DNA of 64,000 nucleotides from Clostridiales bacterium Firm_18 (GTDB lineage Bacteria; Bacillota; Clostridia; Monoglobales; Firm-18): NCBI GenBank assembly GCA_001604215.1, contig LVAX01000092.1, positions 72,985 to 136,984 of the forward strand, read 5' to 3'. Shown piece by piece: positions 49,015 to 59,038 of this stretch (position 1 is its first letter; each line of letters starts with the position of its first letter). The notes under the pieces were generated by a model. It saw only the letters and a program-made list of their open reading frames with translations, ran no database searches and was not told where the DNA came from. The position numbers and the translations under genes were made by a program.

Positions 49015-51168
49015 ATGAAAAGGATAATATCATGTTTTATCGCTATGGCAATGATAGCGGCATTATCGGTTCCCGCTTTTGCCGGTCAGGAAAACGCGGA
49101 CAATCTGGAAACGGTTATATTAAAGGTACGCGGGAAAATCGATGTACCGCAGTCTTATGATGAATTTATTAGCAATATGAGGACGGACGAGTACGGGGTA
49201 ACCCATTGGAGCATGCAATGGTCGCAAAAAAATGAAGAGGAAAGCTGGAACACAAGCTACATATCTGTTGAAGTAACAAGTGACGGTTTTATAGAGTCTT
49301 ATAACAAATACGGCGGCGACGAACGGTATTCGGAATATGTTAAAATTCCGGCGGTGCAAAAAGATAAGGCCGACGAGCTGGTTAAATCCTTTATTTCAAA
49401 GGTATGTCCCGAAATAGAAAATGAACTTGAGTGGGAGGAGCCGAATATCAACAGCGGCATTTATTCATACAGCTTCAGCCGCAAGGTGAATGGAATTCCA
49501 ATGCCGTCAAACAGGGCTTCATTTAGTTTAAACGGTACCACAGGCGAAATTACCAGTTATTATGCCAGCTGGAATACCAACCTTGATTTTCCCTCGCCTG
49601 AGAATAAAATACCTTTGGAAGAAGCCCAAAAGATTTTTAAGGAAAACATGCCCCTTGATTTGGAGTACAATATTGACAAGGACGGAAGAGTTTACCTGCA
49701 ATACACCCGTTCAAGGGAAAAGGGGTCAATGTATATAAATGCAATAACCGGCGAAGTTGAAAAACCGGAATACTATTATGGAATATATCAAAACGGTATA
49801 AGATATGCTGAAGATGCGGCAATGAAATCCGCGATGGGTGCCGCCCTTCGTCCGGAGGAGCAAAAACAGGTGGACAATATTGCCGGGCTGATAACCGCGC
49901 AGGAAGCGGAGAAAAAGCTTCGCTTGGTAAAAGAGCTTGACTTTGACGAAAAGTACAAGCTTACAAGCTCGAATCTTTATCAAAGCACGGACTTACGCAG
50001 CAATGAAACCAAATATTATATAAACCTTTATTTTACCCATATGGATAATACGGAAGACCTGAGCGAGGAAAAGATAAACCTTAAAATTGCCGCAGGCGAA
50101 GGTGACGGGTACGCCAGCGCAACCTTAAACGCGAAAACCGGCGAGCTGATTTCTTTTTCAAGCAATATTTGGGGAATTCCAAGGCCGATGAGTAAAGCGG
50201 AGGATACGGCTGACGAAAAACAAACCAAGGCAAAAAGAGAACAGGCCAAAAAAACTGCCGATGCATTTGTATCAAAAATGCAGCCCGAAAAGGTTAACAA
50301 AGTAAAATTTATGGATGACGGCAGCAGTGATAATTTTACGTTTAACTACGCAAGAATGGAAAACGGTGCATATTTTATATACGATTCCATCAATGTTTCG
50401 GTAAACAAAGAGAATATGAAGATATCGCAGTATAACTGCAACTGGACGGATGTTAATGAAATCCCGCCCACCGACGGGGCTATAGGCCTTGACAAAGCGC
50501 ATGAAATATTGTTTGGCAGCGAAGCGCTTGCCCTTGAATACATTATAAACGAAAAAGATAAAAAAGCAGTGCTTGCTTACAGGCTTTCGGATGATAACCC
50601 ATGGCTGATTGACGCAAAGACGGGAATGCTGCTGGATTGGTCGGGCAAGCAATATGTCAAAGAAAAAGCTCCCGAATACAGCGACATTGCAGGGCATTTT
50701 TGCGAGGAGGCGGTAAAACAGCTTGCAATCGTCGGCGTATTTTTAAAGGGTGACCGTTTTGAGCCGGATATTGAAATTCTGCAAAAGGATTATGTAATAC
50801 TGCTTTCAAAATTAGGCAGGTACTATTATTATGAGTCCGACAATATTGATGATATTTACAGCCGATTTATCAAGGAAGGTATAATGGACAAGGCAGAGAA
50901 AAACCCTGACGGCACCGTTTCGCGGGAGGACGCGGTTAAATACCTGCTGAGGTATTTAGGTTTTAAGAAGTTTGCGGAAATTCCGGGTATTTTTAATTGT
51001 GATTTTTCGGATGCCGATGAAATTGCGCCTGAGCTGGCAGGCTATGCAGCTATAGCAAAAGGGCTTGGCATTGTAAAGGGCAGCGAAGGAAAGTTTATGC
51101 CGAAGGAGGCCTTGACAAAGGCGGAAGCCGCGGTTTTGATTTACAACTGCCTTAAAGCGGATTTTTGA
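49015..51168 (+). CDS. Secreted S-layer-homology (SLH) domain protein with repeated PepSY/YcdB-like modules
   Basis: Signal peptide MKRIISCFIAMAMIAALSVPAFA. C-terminal SLH-like repeats (FSDADEIAPELAGYAAIAKGLGIVKGSEGKFMPKEALTKAEAAVLI). Confidence 0.65.
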   Translation: MKRIISCFIAMAMIAALSVPAFAGQENADNLETVILKVRGKIDVPQSYDEFISNMRTDEYGVTHWSMQWSQKNEEESWNTSYISVEVTSDGFIESYNKYGGDERYSEYVKIPAVQKDKADELVKSFISKVCPEIENELEWEEPNINSGIYSYSFSRKVNGIPMPSNRASFSLNGTTGEITSYYASWNTNLDFPSPENKIPLEEAQKIFKENMPLDLEYNIDKDGRVYLQYTRSREKGSMYINAITGEVEKPEYYYGIYQNGIRYAEDAAMKSAMGAALRPEEQKQVDNIAGLITAQEAEKKLRLVKELDFDEKYKLTSSNLYQSTDLRSNETKYYINLYFTHMDNTEDLSEEKINLKIAAGEGDGYASATLNAKTGELISFSSNIWGIPRPMSKAEDTADEKQTKAKREQAKKTADAFVSKMQPEKVNKVKFMDDGSSDNFTFNYARMENGAYFIYDSINVSVNKENMKISQYNCNWTDVNEIPPTDGAIGLDKAHEILFGSEALALEYIINEKDKKAVLAYRLSDDNPWLIDAKTGMLLDWSGKQYVKEKAPEYSDIAGHFCEEAVKQLAIVGVFLKGDRFEPDIEILQKDYVILLSKLGRYYYYESDNIDDIYSRFIKEGIMDKAEKNPDGTVSREDAVKYLLRYLGFKKFAEIPGIFNCDFSDADEIAPELAGYAAIAKGLGIVKGSEGKFMPKEALTKAEAAVLIYNCLKADF

Positions 51169-51194
51169 TTTAGGCATTAACAATAAAACATAAA

Positions 51195-51226
51195 CAAAAA
51201 AGGGGCCGTAAAAAGCCCCTCTTTTA
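51195..51226. terminator. Bidirectional terminator between convergent genes
   Basis: AAAAA-AGGGGC-CGTAAAAA-GCCCCT-CTTTT. Confidence 0.75.
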
Positions 51227-51257
51227 ATGCCTGCATTTATGCTCATAAAATACTAAT

Positions 51258-52361
51258 TCAATTATTTTTTAAATCTTCCAAAACCTCATTGTTTATTACG
51301 ATATCGGCTGATTCTTTCCATGCTTCTATTTGCTCGTTAAACCATGTCATGAACAGTTCGTTATTGCAGATATCCTTTGCTTCTTCAAAGCTTTTTGTGC
51401 TGCGGTCGGTAACGAGAATAATATGGTAACCGTACTGGGTTTTCACCGGCTTGCCGATTTTGCCGATTTCCTGTGAAAAGGCCGCGTCCTCAAATTCCGG
51501 AACCATTTGTCCTTTGCCGAATACCATGCCTTTGGTGTCATCCTTGGTGCCGGTATCCTCTGAGTATTTAGCCATCAGGTCGTCGAACATTTCCGGCTTT
51601 TTAAGCTCTTTTAAAATTTTATCCGCCTCGGCTTTTGCCTGCTCGTCCGTCCTGTTATCAGTTTTAATCAAAATGTGTTTTGCCGTTACGGTAGTAAAAT
51701 TGTCGAAAAGCTCATCATATTTTGCTTTTAATTCATCATCCGGAAACACTTTGCTCTTTTTCAAATAATCCACGAAATTCTGAAGTACAACGTGTTTTTC
51801 GATAAGCTTTAAATACTTTTCTTCCGTTAAATTATACGATGACAATATCGAATTTGCGTTTTCCCCGTAGTTTTGCATAAATTGAAAGAATGATTCCTCC
51901 GCGGCCTTTTTGGTGTCGGGGCTGTAATTAATCCCTTGTTTTACAGCTTCGTTCAAAACCACGGTGTTTTCAATTTCATAATCCAAAGCGTTTTGTATTG
52001 CTGCCTGCTTTGATGAGCCTACGGGATTGAGCATTGACGACACTTTAACTTCGGAATTTGTAATTTCCGTGCCGTCTACCGTTGAAATCACCTTTGTCAG
52101 CTCGTCCACTATGTTTGCGGTATTTGTTTCTTCGTCCCATTCGATTTCCTTGCCGAACATTTCGGCAACGTCTCTTATCCAAACATAGGTTTTTCCGTCA
52201 ACCACAAAATTATCGCTTTCGACCTTTACACCGTTAATTTTAACGGTTGTGAAGTTGACAAGGGCTTCCAGCGTCTTTGTCACAGAATCTGCCAAAGCCG
52301 GAAGCGCCATGATAAGGATTCCGCTGACAATGCCCGCTATGTAGCTTGTTGATTTTTTCAT
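51258..52361 (-). CDS. PrsA/SurA-like peptidylprolyl isomerase with N-terminal stalk-like domain
   Basis: Parvulin motifs (AKHILIK...YGYHIILV). Signal/anchor at the N-terminus and a copper-amine-oxidase-like segment (KTYVWIRDVAEMFGKEIEWD). Confidence 0.75.
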   Translation of the reverse strand: MKKSTSYIAGIVSGILIMALPALADSVTKTLEALVNFTTVKINGVKVESDNFVVDGKTYVWIRDVAEMFGKEIEWDEETNTANIVDELTKVISTVDGTEITNSEVKVSSMLNPVGSSKQAAIQNALDYEIENTVVLNEAVKQGINYSPDTKKAAEESFFQFMQNYGENANSILSSYNLTEEKYLKLIEKHVVLQNFVDYLKKSKVFPDDELKAKYDELFDNFTTVTAKHILIKTDNRTDEQAKAEADKILKELKKPEMFDDLMAKYSEDTGTKDDTKGMVFGKGQMVPEFEDAAFSQEIGKIGKPVKTQYGYHIILVTDRSTKSFEEAKDICNNELFMTWFNEQIEAWKESADIVINNEVLEDLKNN

Positions 52362-52518
52362 TGATATACCTCATTTCGTAAGTTATGTATTAATTAAATT
52401 ATATCAGAAATCGCAGCATTAATAAATAGCAAATTCAAATAATTTATGAATTTTTGCTGACAATCATATTACGACAAATTTTTAAAGCTAACTTTTGTAT
52501 AATAAAGACAAGGGGGAG

Positions 52519-53370
52519 ATGGTTATCTTGTACACGGTATATATTGACGAGTTGTTTTTGCTGAATACTGCTTTAAATTATATATTACTGCTTTTGACCA
52601 GACGCGTTGTCCGCCTTAAGGCATCATGGCCGCGGCTGCTGCTTGGAAGCGTAATCGGCGCCGTTTATGCCGTATTTATGTTTTTGCCTCACAATAAATT
52701 ATTTTATACCTTTTTCGCAAAATTTATTTTTTCGCTGCTTCTTGTTGCCGTTACATATAATATAAAAAAACCAAAGCAGTATGTTAAGGCGGTTGCGGTG
52801 TTTTACATGATAAGCTTTGCTTTCGGGGGAGCCGCTTATTCGCTGATTAGCCTTACGGGGCGCAGCGGTGATTATACACCCCTTAGAATACTTGCCCTGT
52901 CAACAACAATTGCTTATGTATGCATTATGCTTTTGTCCTCATATTGCAGGCGTTTGTATTTGAAAGAAAAATGCACCTCAATAGTTAACATTACTTTAAA
53001 CGGCAAATCGGCCGCAGTAAATTGTTATATGGATACGGGGAACAATCTATACGACCCGGTTTCGGACAGCCCGGTTATGATTGTGGAACACAAAAGCATT
53101 TCGTCCATTCTCCCGTCCGAGCTGGGCGAATATTACAAACAGGGCACATTAGATGCCCTGCCCGTATGCGCAGGCAGAAAAATCAGGCTAATACCGTACA
53201 GCAGTATAGGGAAAAAAAGCGGCTTTATTTTGGGTTTTAAACCGGACAGCGTTGCAATCGAAGGTAAGCAAATATCCGACATAGTAATAGGGCTTTGCGA
53301 AAACGAACTTTCAACCGATAACAGCTATGCGGCTTTGTTAAATCCCTGTGCGTTGGGAGGGATAATATGA
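52519..53370 (+). CDS. spoIIGA: Sigma-E processing peptidase SpoIIGA
   Basis: [22 protein letters not shown]-terminus, an MDTGN aspartic protease motif and the position upstream of sigE. GGGGGAG SD before the ATG at 52519. Confidence 0.85.
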   Translation: MVILYTVYIDELFLLNTALNYILLLLTRRVVRLKASWPRLLLGSVIGAVYAVFMFLPHNKLFYTFFAKFIFSLLLVAVTYNIKKPKQYVKAVAVFYMISFAFGGAAYSLISLTGRSGDYTPLRILALSTTIAYVCIMLLSSYCRRLYLKEKCTSIVNITLNGKSAAVNCYMDTGNNLYDPVSDSPVMIVEHKSISSILPSELGEYYKQGTLDALPVCAGRKIRLIPYSSIGKKSGFILGFKPDSVAIEGKQISDIVIGLCENELSTDNSYAALLNPCALGGII

Positions 53371-54068
53371 ATATTTTGCTAAAGGCGCTGCTGCGCTTAT
53401 GGTCGTTTTTGGCGGAAAAAATTCATTATATCGGGGGGAGCGAAGCCTTGCCGCCGCCCCTTACGGCGGATGAGGAAAAAAAGCTGCTCCTTAAAATCGG
53501 CAAGGACGGCAAAGGCGTCCGGAAGATACTGATTGAAAGAAACCTGCGGCTTGTGGTGTATATAGCCCGGAAGTTCGAAAATACTCAAATAGGAATCGAA
53601 GATTTAATATCAATAGGCACTATCGGGCTTATCAAGGCGGTAAACACCTTTAACCCCGAAAAAAACATAAAGCTTGCCACATATGCTTCCCGCTGCATAG
53701 AAAATGAAATTTTAATGTACATACGAAAAAACAACTGTTCTAAAAACGATGTATCGATAGATGAGCCCTTAAATACCGATTGGGACGGCAATGAGCTTTT
53801 GCTGTCGGATATATTGGGAACGGATATCGATATAGTCCATAGAAACATAGAGGAGGAGGTGGACAGGGAACTGCTGGTATCCGCAATGAAAAAGCTGTCC
53901 GCCCGGGAGACAAGAATTGTGGAGCTTCGGTTCGGACTTGGCAGCGAAGAGGAAAAAACACAAAAAGAAGTGGCGGATATGCTGGGTATTTCGCAATCGT
54001 ATATTTCAAGGCTTGAAAAACGGATAATAAGCCGGCTAAAAAAGGAAATTTTAAAAATGATTAACTGA
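53367..54068 (+). CDS. sigE: Sporulation sigma factor SigE (pro-sigma-E)
   Basis: [14 protein letters not shown]...[19 protein letters not shown]...[17 protein letters not shown]. Confidence 0.95.
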   Translation: MNILLKALLRLWSFLAEKIHYIGGSEALPPPLTADEEKKLLLKIGKDGKGVRKILIERNLRLVVYIARKFENTQIGIEDLISIGTIGLIKAVNTFNPEKNIKLATYASRCIENEILMYIRKNNCSKNDVSIDEPLNTDWDGNELLLSDILGTDIDIVHRNIEEEVDRELLVSAMKKLSARETRIVELRFGLGSEEEKTQKEVADMLGISQSYISRLEKRIISRLKKEILKMIN

Positions 54069-54131
54069 ATAAAAACACCTTCGGGGGAAACAATATTTAT
54101 AGACTATAAATTCCCTTTGGAGGTGTTTTTT

Positions 54132-54902
54132 TTGATTAATAAAGTTGAGATATGCGGAGTGAACACAGCAAAACTGCCGGTTCTTTCCAACGAGGAAAAG
54201 GAACGGCTTTTTAAAAAAATACAACAGGGCGACAAAAAAGCAAGGGAAGATTATATCAAAGGGAATTTGCGGCTTGTACTAAGCGTTATACAGCGTTTTA
54301 ACAACAGGGGCGAGTATGTTGACGATTTGTTCCAAATAGGATGCATCGGCCTTATAAAAGCAATAGATAATTTTGACGTAACACAAAATGTAAAGTTTTC
54401 CACATATGCGGTTCCAATGATTATCGGTGAAATAAGAAGATACCTGAGGGACAACAATTCAATCAGGGTAAGCCGCTCTTTGCGGGACACCGCTTATAAA
54501 GCGCTTGCCGTTAAAGAACGGCTGACAAATCAGAATTCAAAAGAACCGACCATAGGTGAAATTGCAAAAGAGCTTGATATGCCCAAGGAGGATATCGTTA
54601 TCGCATTGGATGCAATCCAGGACCCCATTTCGCTTTTTGAGCCTGTTTACCATGACGGCGGCGACGCGCTTTTTGTAATGGACCAGCTTCGGGACGAAAA
54701 AAGCCATGACGACAGCTGGCTGGAGGAAATATCGCTGAAAGAGGCAATGAAACGGCTCGGCGAAAGGGAAAAGCATATATTGACGCTTCGCTTTTTTGAA
54801 GGGAAAACACAAATGGAGGTTGCGGAGGAAATAGGCATTTCCCAGGCACAGGTTTCACGTCTTGAAAAGTCGGCGCTTTCACATATGAAAAAGTATATTT
54901 GA
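54132..54902 (+). CDS. sigG: Sporulation sigma factor SigG
   Basis: INKVEICGVNTAKLPVL N-terminus. TTG start 8 nt after GGAGGTG. Confidence 0.9.
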   Translation: MINKVEICGVNTAKLPVLSNEEKERLFKKIQQGDKKAREDYIKGNLRLVLSVIQRFNNRGEYVDDLFQIGCIGLIKAIDNFDVTQNVKFSTYAVPMIIGEIRRYLRDNNSIRVSRSLRDTAYKALAVKERLTNQNSKEPTIGEIAKELDMPKEDIVIALDAIQDPISLFEPVYHDGGDALFVMDQLRDEKSHDDSWLEEISLKEAMKRLGEREKHILTLRFFEGKTQMEVAEEIGISQAQVSRLEKSALSHMKKYI

Positions 54903-54940
54903 CATATTATTAATTTTTAATATAATAAATTTTTAAAAAC

Positions 54941-54967
54941 CCGAAGCAAACTTGTTTCGGTTTTTTT
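54941..54967 (+). terminator. Terminator after sigG
   Basis: CCGAA...TTCGG stem followed by TTTTTTT. Confidence 0.5.
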
Positions 54968-54968
54968 C

Positions 54969-54997
54969 TTGACAAAAACGCAATAAGGTATTAAAAT
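54969..54997 (+). promoter_or_regulatory. Sigma-A promoter of tRNA-Arg
   Basis: TTGACA, a 17-nt spacer, then TAAAAT. About 20 nt upstream of the tRNA 5' end. Confidence 0.7.
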
Positions 54998-55016
54998 ATA
55001 CAAGTGGCAATCAAAT

Positions 55017-55093
55017 GTTTCCGTAGCTCAGTAGGATAGAGCGACCGCCTCCTAAGCGGTAGGTCGGAGGTTCGAATCCTCTCGGGAACGCCA
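55017..55093 (+). tRNA. tRNA-Arg (anticodon CCT)
   Basis: Cloverleaf folded by hand: acceptor GTTTCCG/CGGGAAC, D arm GCTC/GAGC, anticodon stem ACCGC/GCGGT with loop CTCCTAA, T arm GGAGG-TTCGAAT-CCTCT, and an encoded CCA. Confidence 0.9.
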
Positions 55094-55123
55094 AAAGACG
55101 CCTTTTTTAAGACAACTATAAAT

Positions 55124-55161
55124 GATGGATGAGGGAGCAGGTTTTGCATTTCTCATCCATC
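55124..55161 (-). terminator. Hairpin terminator downstream of arr
   Basis: 10-bp stem GATGGATGAG / CTCATCCATC, 13 nt after the arr stop. Confidence 0.5.
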
Positions 55162-55173
55162 AAGGGCGGATAC

Positions 55174-55587
55174 TTATTCGTTAATGGCTTCAATGCCTTG
55201 TCTTTTTAATTCTTCAAGCTTATCCCGCATTTGTTTTAGTATTTCCGGGGGATGTCCTTTCCAATCCAATACTTCACCTACAACACGCAGGGGATATTTA
55301 GTACGGTAGGAACGCGTTGGGTTACCGGGGAATTTCTTATCCGTAAGATTAGGATCATTTTCAAATTCGCCTGTCGGCTCCACAATGTAGATACGACCAA
55401 CTCCATCTCCAACCGCAAGTTCTGCGCCCCATATTGCCGCATCCATAGTTGCTGTCAAATAGACAAAGTTGGCTTTTTTTCGCTCACCATAATTAGAATT
55501 ATAACCGACTTCTATTAAATCACCTGTTTTCAAGTCAGCTTTTGTACCATGGTAAAATGGTCCGCTGTCTAAGACTTCATTGCACAT
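55174..55587 (-). CDS. arr: NAD(+)--rifampin ADP-ribosyltransferase
   Basis: GPFYHGTKADL, WGAELA, IYIVEPTGEFENDPNLTDKKFPGNPTRSYRT and DWKGHPPE match the Arr family along the whole 137 aa. Confidence 0.9.
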   Translation of the reverse strand: MCNEVLDSGPFYHGTKADLKTGDLIEVGYNSNYGERKKANFVYLTATMDAAIWGAELAVGDGVGRIYIVEPTGEFENDPNLTDKKFPGNPTRSYRTKYPLRVVGEVLDWKGHPPEILKQMRDKLEELKRQGIEAINE

Positions 55588-55606
55588 GCTAATACTCCTT
55601 TTATTA

Positions 55607-56188
55607 TTACAATTCTTTCATCGTCAGCCCATGTTTATTACACGCAAAGTATAGCTTTCCGCGATTATACTTTGGAAACCGCACTTCACTCGCCTGCTCA
55701 GGGTAAAGCTTTATAAGCATAACACGATCATATGCTACAAATGCGACAAAGCTAATATAATGGTCTTTACTCATATCATGTGAAAAAGTAATGTAATAAT
55801 CGTTTTCAACTGTTTCAATGTTTAAATCATATTCTTCATTATTTTGCAGCTCTAAACCGGTTAGCTTGCGCCCGCAGCAGGCTACGTCCGCTTCTGACGT
55901 TGCTGTAATAACATTCCCGCAATCCCGGCACATATAAAATTTAATCTTTTTCATATTTCCTCCGTTTGTATTGTTGGATTCCAAATCCCCCGATAATATT
56001 TTTTCAATGTGTACGTTGAATATTTGTGACAGTTCACGAAGCAGGGATACGTCCGGACAGCCTAAACCCCGTTCCCATTTGGAAATCGTTTTATCACTGA
56101 TATTCATAATGTCTGCAAGCTGTTTCTGCGTCATCTTTTTTTCATTTCGCAGCTTAAAAATCAAATTGCCTACTTTATTGCAATCCAC
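55607..56188 (-). CDS. XRE-family HTH regulator fused to a desulfoferrodoxin-like domain
   Basis: N-terminal HTH (MTQKQLADIMNISDKTISKWERG). The C-terminal half has CRDCGNV...ACCG (desulforedoxin-like) plus SHDMSKDHYISFV and ACNKHG (neelaredoxin-like). GTG start. Confidence 0.7.
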   Translation of the reverse strand: MDCNKVGNLIFKLRNEKKMTQKQLADIMNISDKTISKWERGLGCPDVSLLRELSQIFNVHIEKILSGDLESNNTNGGNMKKIKFYMCRDCGNVITATSEADVACCGRKLTGLELQNNEEYDLNIETVENDYYITFSHDMSKDHYISFVAFVAYDRVMLIKLYPEQASEVRFPKYNRGKLYFACNKHGLTMKEL

Positions 56189-56206
56189 GCGATCACCCCT
56201 GCATCT

Positions 56207-56235
56207 ATTATAACGGCATCTGTTTTAAAAAGCAA
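56207..56235 (-). promoter_or_regulatory. Sigma-A-type promoter of the XRE-arr operon
   Basis: On the minus strand: TTGCTT, a 17-nt spacer, then TATAAT. Confidence 0.5.
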
Positions 56236-56272
56236 TAAACGCTCCGTAGAGTTACCAAAAATGCTGCTGTTA

Positions 56273-57475
56273 TTACATGTAATCCATAGGATACATACTT
56301 CCGTCCAAGCCGTCTATAAGCTCTATACCGCAAACAATGCCGTCTTTTGTAAGGAAAACCATACTCTTTGTGCTTTCGTTTGTTGTATATGCATATGCTG
56401 CGTCATATTCGCCAAACCAAGCCTCATCATCATAATTGATACTATCGATTTTTTTAAATTCAGGCCGATGCGTCAAAAGGAATTCTTCAGTATCACCGAT
56501 TGTGATACCCGCCGCCGCATATTGATTCTGTTTGGCGCGAAGGGTTGTAACGAGATACACACCCTCGTAATTGTTTAAATAAGTTACTTGCAGCCCATCG
56601 CTCTCCACTACCGTTACCTGACCGAAGCTCTCGGCGCGGAAGCTTTTTCGGTCTTTCTCAATAAGGTTGCAGCCAAACGGGAAATCAACCGGATATACAT
56701 CCAGGCATATGCTGTGACCGCTGCCTGGTATAAATAAACTGAATAAACTGTTTTTATTGCTTGTTGCAAAATCCCCTAAGCAGGGTAAAAGCTCATAATT
56801 GCTAACAGCCTCTCCTGCAAGCAGCTTAGGCATATAGTCATGAATATTTCCTGACGATACGGCAAATAAGTCCGCACCTTTTATTGTAGCAGCAGTACCC
56901 CCTTTGTTTGCCCTTGCTGCCCGTTTAACGCTCTTTTTGATTTTATCATTATTTTCTGACATCATCAGATAATCATCGGCTAATTCTTTATCTCCGCCTT
57001 CCCATACCGGATATTGAATATCGGTTGGCATGCCGAAAACATAGGTATAGCCGCCTTCCTGCAAAGCAATGGTGCGATTTCCCGGATCTGTAATATCGTC
57101 GTGGGTAAGGTTGTCACCCTCCAGCATTTCTATATAAAACAACATTCCCGTGCCTTCTCCGTATTGCTGGCGGATAGCCTTATGATAGACATACACAATA
57201 TTATTGTATTTCTCTTCAATTTCATATTTATTTTTCCAGCTTTGCGGAAGCTCAAAAGAACAATCAAATGTCCTGCAAGTATATAAAATACTGTCATTGA
57301 AATTAAAACCAAATATTACACCTGCAATACCCATACCCAAAAGGAGTAGGATAAATGCAAAAACCCCAGCTTTCTTTGCTTTTGTATTCAAAATATTTTC
57401 AAACCTCCTTTTTGCGCTTTTCCCATTTTCGGAAAAAGATGTAGATAGTAACGGTGCTTTTATATAGCAACTCAT
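56273..57475 (-). CDS. Single-pass membrane protein, paralogous N-terminal module plus unique ectodomain
   Basis: 33 of the first 42 residues are identical to the upstream gene product. One TM segment (VFAFILLLLGMGIAGVIFG). AGGAGGGA SD. Confidence 0.6.
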   Translation of the reverse strand: MSCYIKAPLLSTSFSENGKSAKRRFENILNTKAKKAGVFAFILLLLGMGIAGVIFGFNFNDSILYTCRTFDCSFELPQSWKNKYEIEEKYNNIVYVYHKAIRQQYGEGTGMLFYIEMLEGDNLTHDDITDPGNRTIALQEGGYTYVFGMPTDIQYPVWEGGDKELADDYLMMSENNDKIKKSVKRAARANKGGTAATIKGADLFAVSSGNIHDYMPKLLAGEAVSNYELLPCLGDFATSNKNSLFSLFIPGSGHSICLDVYPVDFPFGCNLIEKDRKSFRAESFGQVTVVESDGLQVTYLNNYEGVYLVTTLRAKQNQYAAAGITIGDTEEFLLTHRPEFKKIDSINYDDEAWFGEYDAAYAYTTNESTKSMVFLTKDGIVCGIELIDGLDGSMYPMDYM

Positions 57476-57513
57476 CTTTATTCCCTCCTATTTTAAAGCT
57501 GATAAAACACATT

Positions 57514-58929
57514 TTAATATAGTCTCTGTGGCATGCCTTTCAAATATATAATCTCACCGTTTTTTATTTCAATAACGGTTTCTTGAACTATCTTTTTGCT
57601 ATCAAATTCATATTTCTTATAGGTTACTATCCCATCTCCATTACCTTTATCCTCCCATTGTTTTTCGTATACATAACGCATACCGTTTTCTACTTTTTCT
57701 TGTGTTCCAATCCAATATGGGTATTCGGCAAAACTGCTGAGTAGACTATTTGATGCCTCAACATTCATATTAGGTAATTTATGTTCAAAGTCGGCATAAC
57801 TTCCTATCTCCGCTCTTCGACCAATTGATTCTAAATAAGCCTTAGCATATGCGCTCTCCTGTTTTTTACATTCTTCATAATCTTCTCTATTCGCCGATAA
57901 TGCTCTGTCCCAGTACTTCTCCGGAAACATTTCCTTAATAGACGGCGTATAGTCACTTCCATCCCTTGCAGGCTTATATTCTATTAAAGTATACCTATCA
58001 CTGATGTCAACCTCAAAAGTAATTCGAGTAGGGATTATACCACTGCCGGATATCTTTATAAAATTACCGTTTTGAAAACCATACTCCCCATAAGTAGCAA
58101 GCACATAAGCTTCAATAAGCTTTTTTTCATCATTTTCGCCTTTATCCGAAGTCCCTAAAATAATATGCCCCTCGGCGACACATTCTCCTTTTTCGTAACC
58201 ATTTGAGTTACTAATTAAATTTGCGTCAGATACGGCACGGTCAATATTATTTGTGGCATTTTTCATAGATATAGCACTAAAGAGTGTTTTAAAATTTTCA
58301 AAATCTGTGCTGTATTCTCTCAAGGGTTTATCAAAAACATTGTCAAAATCCTCTCTTAAATATGTATAGCTATACATTGCACCTTTATACTTAATTTCAT
58401 CTTTAATATTTATGGTTATACTATCTACATTGTCAATTAAGCAAAACATAAGTATAGCATTTTTATAGAAACCATCGGATTTCACTGTACCATTAATTAC
58501 TGCCTTATCATAATCATCAATAATGTAGTACAATGTAACTCCATAAGGTTCACTATCTGTATGAAGTTCAATCTTTTCAACCTTAACACCCTCTGCAAAA
58601 GGCAAAAGCCTCACTATTTTAGAAACGCCTGAATTATTGCCAACATATTTTATTTTGCTGTTGTATAACTCCTTTATCTGTTTTTCTATGTTTCCTGACA
58701 TAAAAACAGAAGTAGGACCGTCACTGCCTTCAATAATACCAATATTGCTGCTGCTATTACAAGCAACTAATGCGCCAACAACTAAAATAGTGCATACTGC
58801 AATTATAAATGCAATCACACCTGTTTTCTTTGCTTTGGTATTCAGTATGTTCTCAAATCTTTTCTTTGCCCTTTTCCCGCTCTCGGAAAAGCTTGTGGAT
58901 AGTGCCGGCGGATTTATATATTTACTCAT
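57514..58929 (-). CDS. Single-pass membrane protein with DUF4825-like ectodomain
   Basis: The RFENILNTKAKKTGVIAFII juxtamembrane motif resembles the segment before the last TM of clostridial BlaR1/M56 proteins. ELYNSKIKYVGNNSGVSKIVRLLPF...EPYGVTLYY resembles DUF4825. Confidence 0.6.
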   Translation of the reverse strand: MSKYINPPALSTSFSESGKRAKKRFENILNTKAKKTGVIAFIIAVCTILVVGALVACNSSSNIGIIEGSDGPTSVFMSGNIEKQIKELYNSKIKYVGNNSGVSKIVRLLPFAEGVKVEKIELHTDSEPYGVTLYYIIDDYDKAVINGTVKSDGFYKNAILMFCLIDNVDSITINIKDEIKYKGAMYSYTYLREDFDNVFDKPLREYSTDFENFKTLFSAISMKNATNNIDRAVSDANLISNSNGYEKGECVAEGHIILGTSDKGENDEKKLIEAYVLATYGEYGFQNGNFIKISGSGIIPTRITFEVDISDRYTLIEYKPARDGSDYTPSIKEMFPEKYWDRALSANREDYEECKKQESAYAKAYLESIGRRAEIGSYADFEHKLPNMNVEASNSLLSSFAEYPYWIGTQEKVENGMRYVYEKQWEDKGNGDGIVTYKKYEFDSKKIVQETVIEIKNGEIIYLKGMPQRLY

Positions 58930-59038
58930 TTTCTCTACCCCCGTTTAAAGATATTTTGTTTAAAATCGGTGAAATAATAAGCAGCAATAAAATAACGGCC
59001 GACATAGAAAGAGAAATCATGAATATATTGTTTAGCAT
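58922..59038 (-). CDS. 38-aa hydrophobic mini-ORF resembling the first TM helix of BlaR1/M56 proteins
   Basis: MLNNIFMISLSMSAVILLLLIISPILNKISLNGGRENE. It starts right after the BlaI stop (TAAATG) and overlaps the next ATG. It is below the ORF-track size cut-off and was translated by hand. Confidence 0.4.
   Translation of the reverse strand: MLNNIFMISLSMSAVILLLLIISPILNKISLNGGRENE

Noticed and set aside
52440-52518. Spo0A boxes and an unusual-spacing promoter upstream of spoIIGA.
   Set aside because: There is a TGTATAAT extended -10 box and one TGTCGTA-like sequence. However, there is no exact 0A box (TGNCGAA) and no clear -35. This is too weak to annotate.
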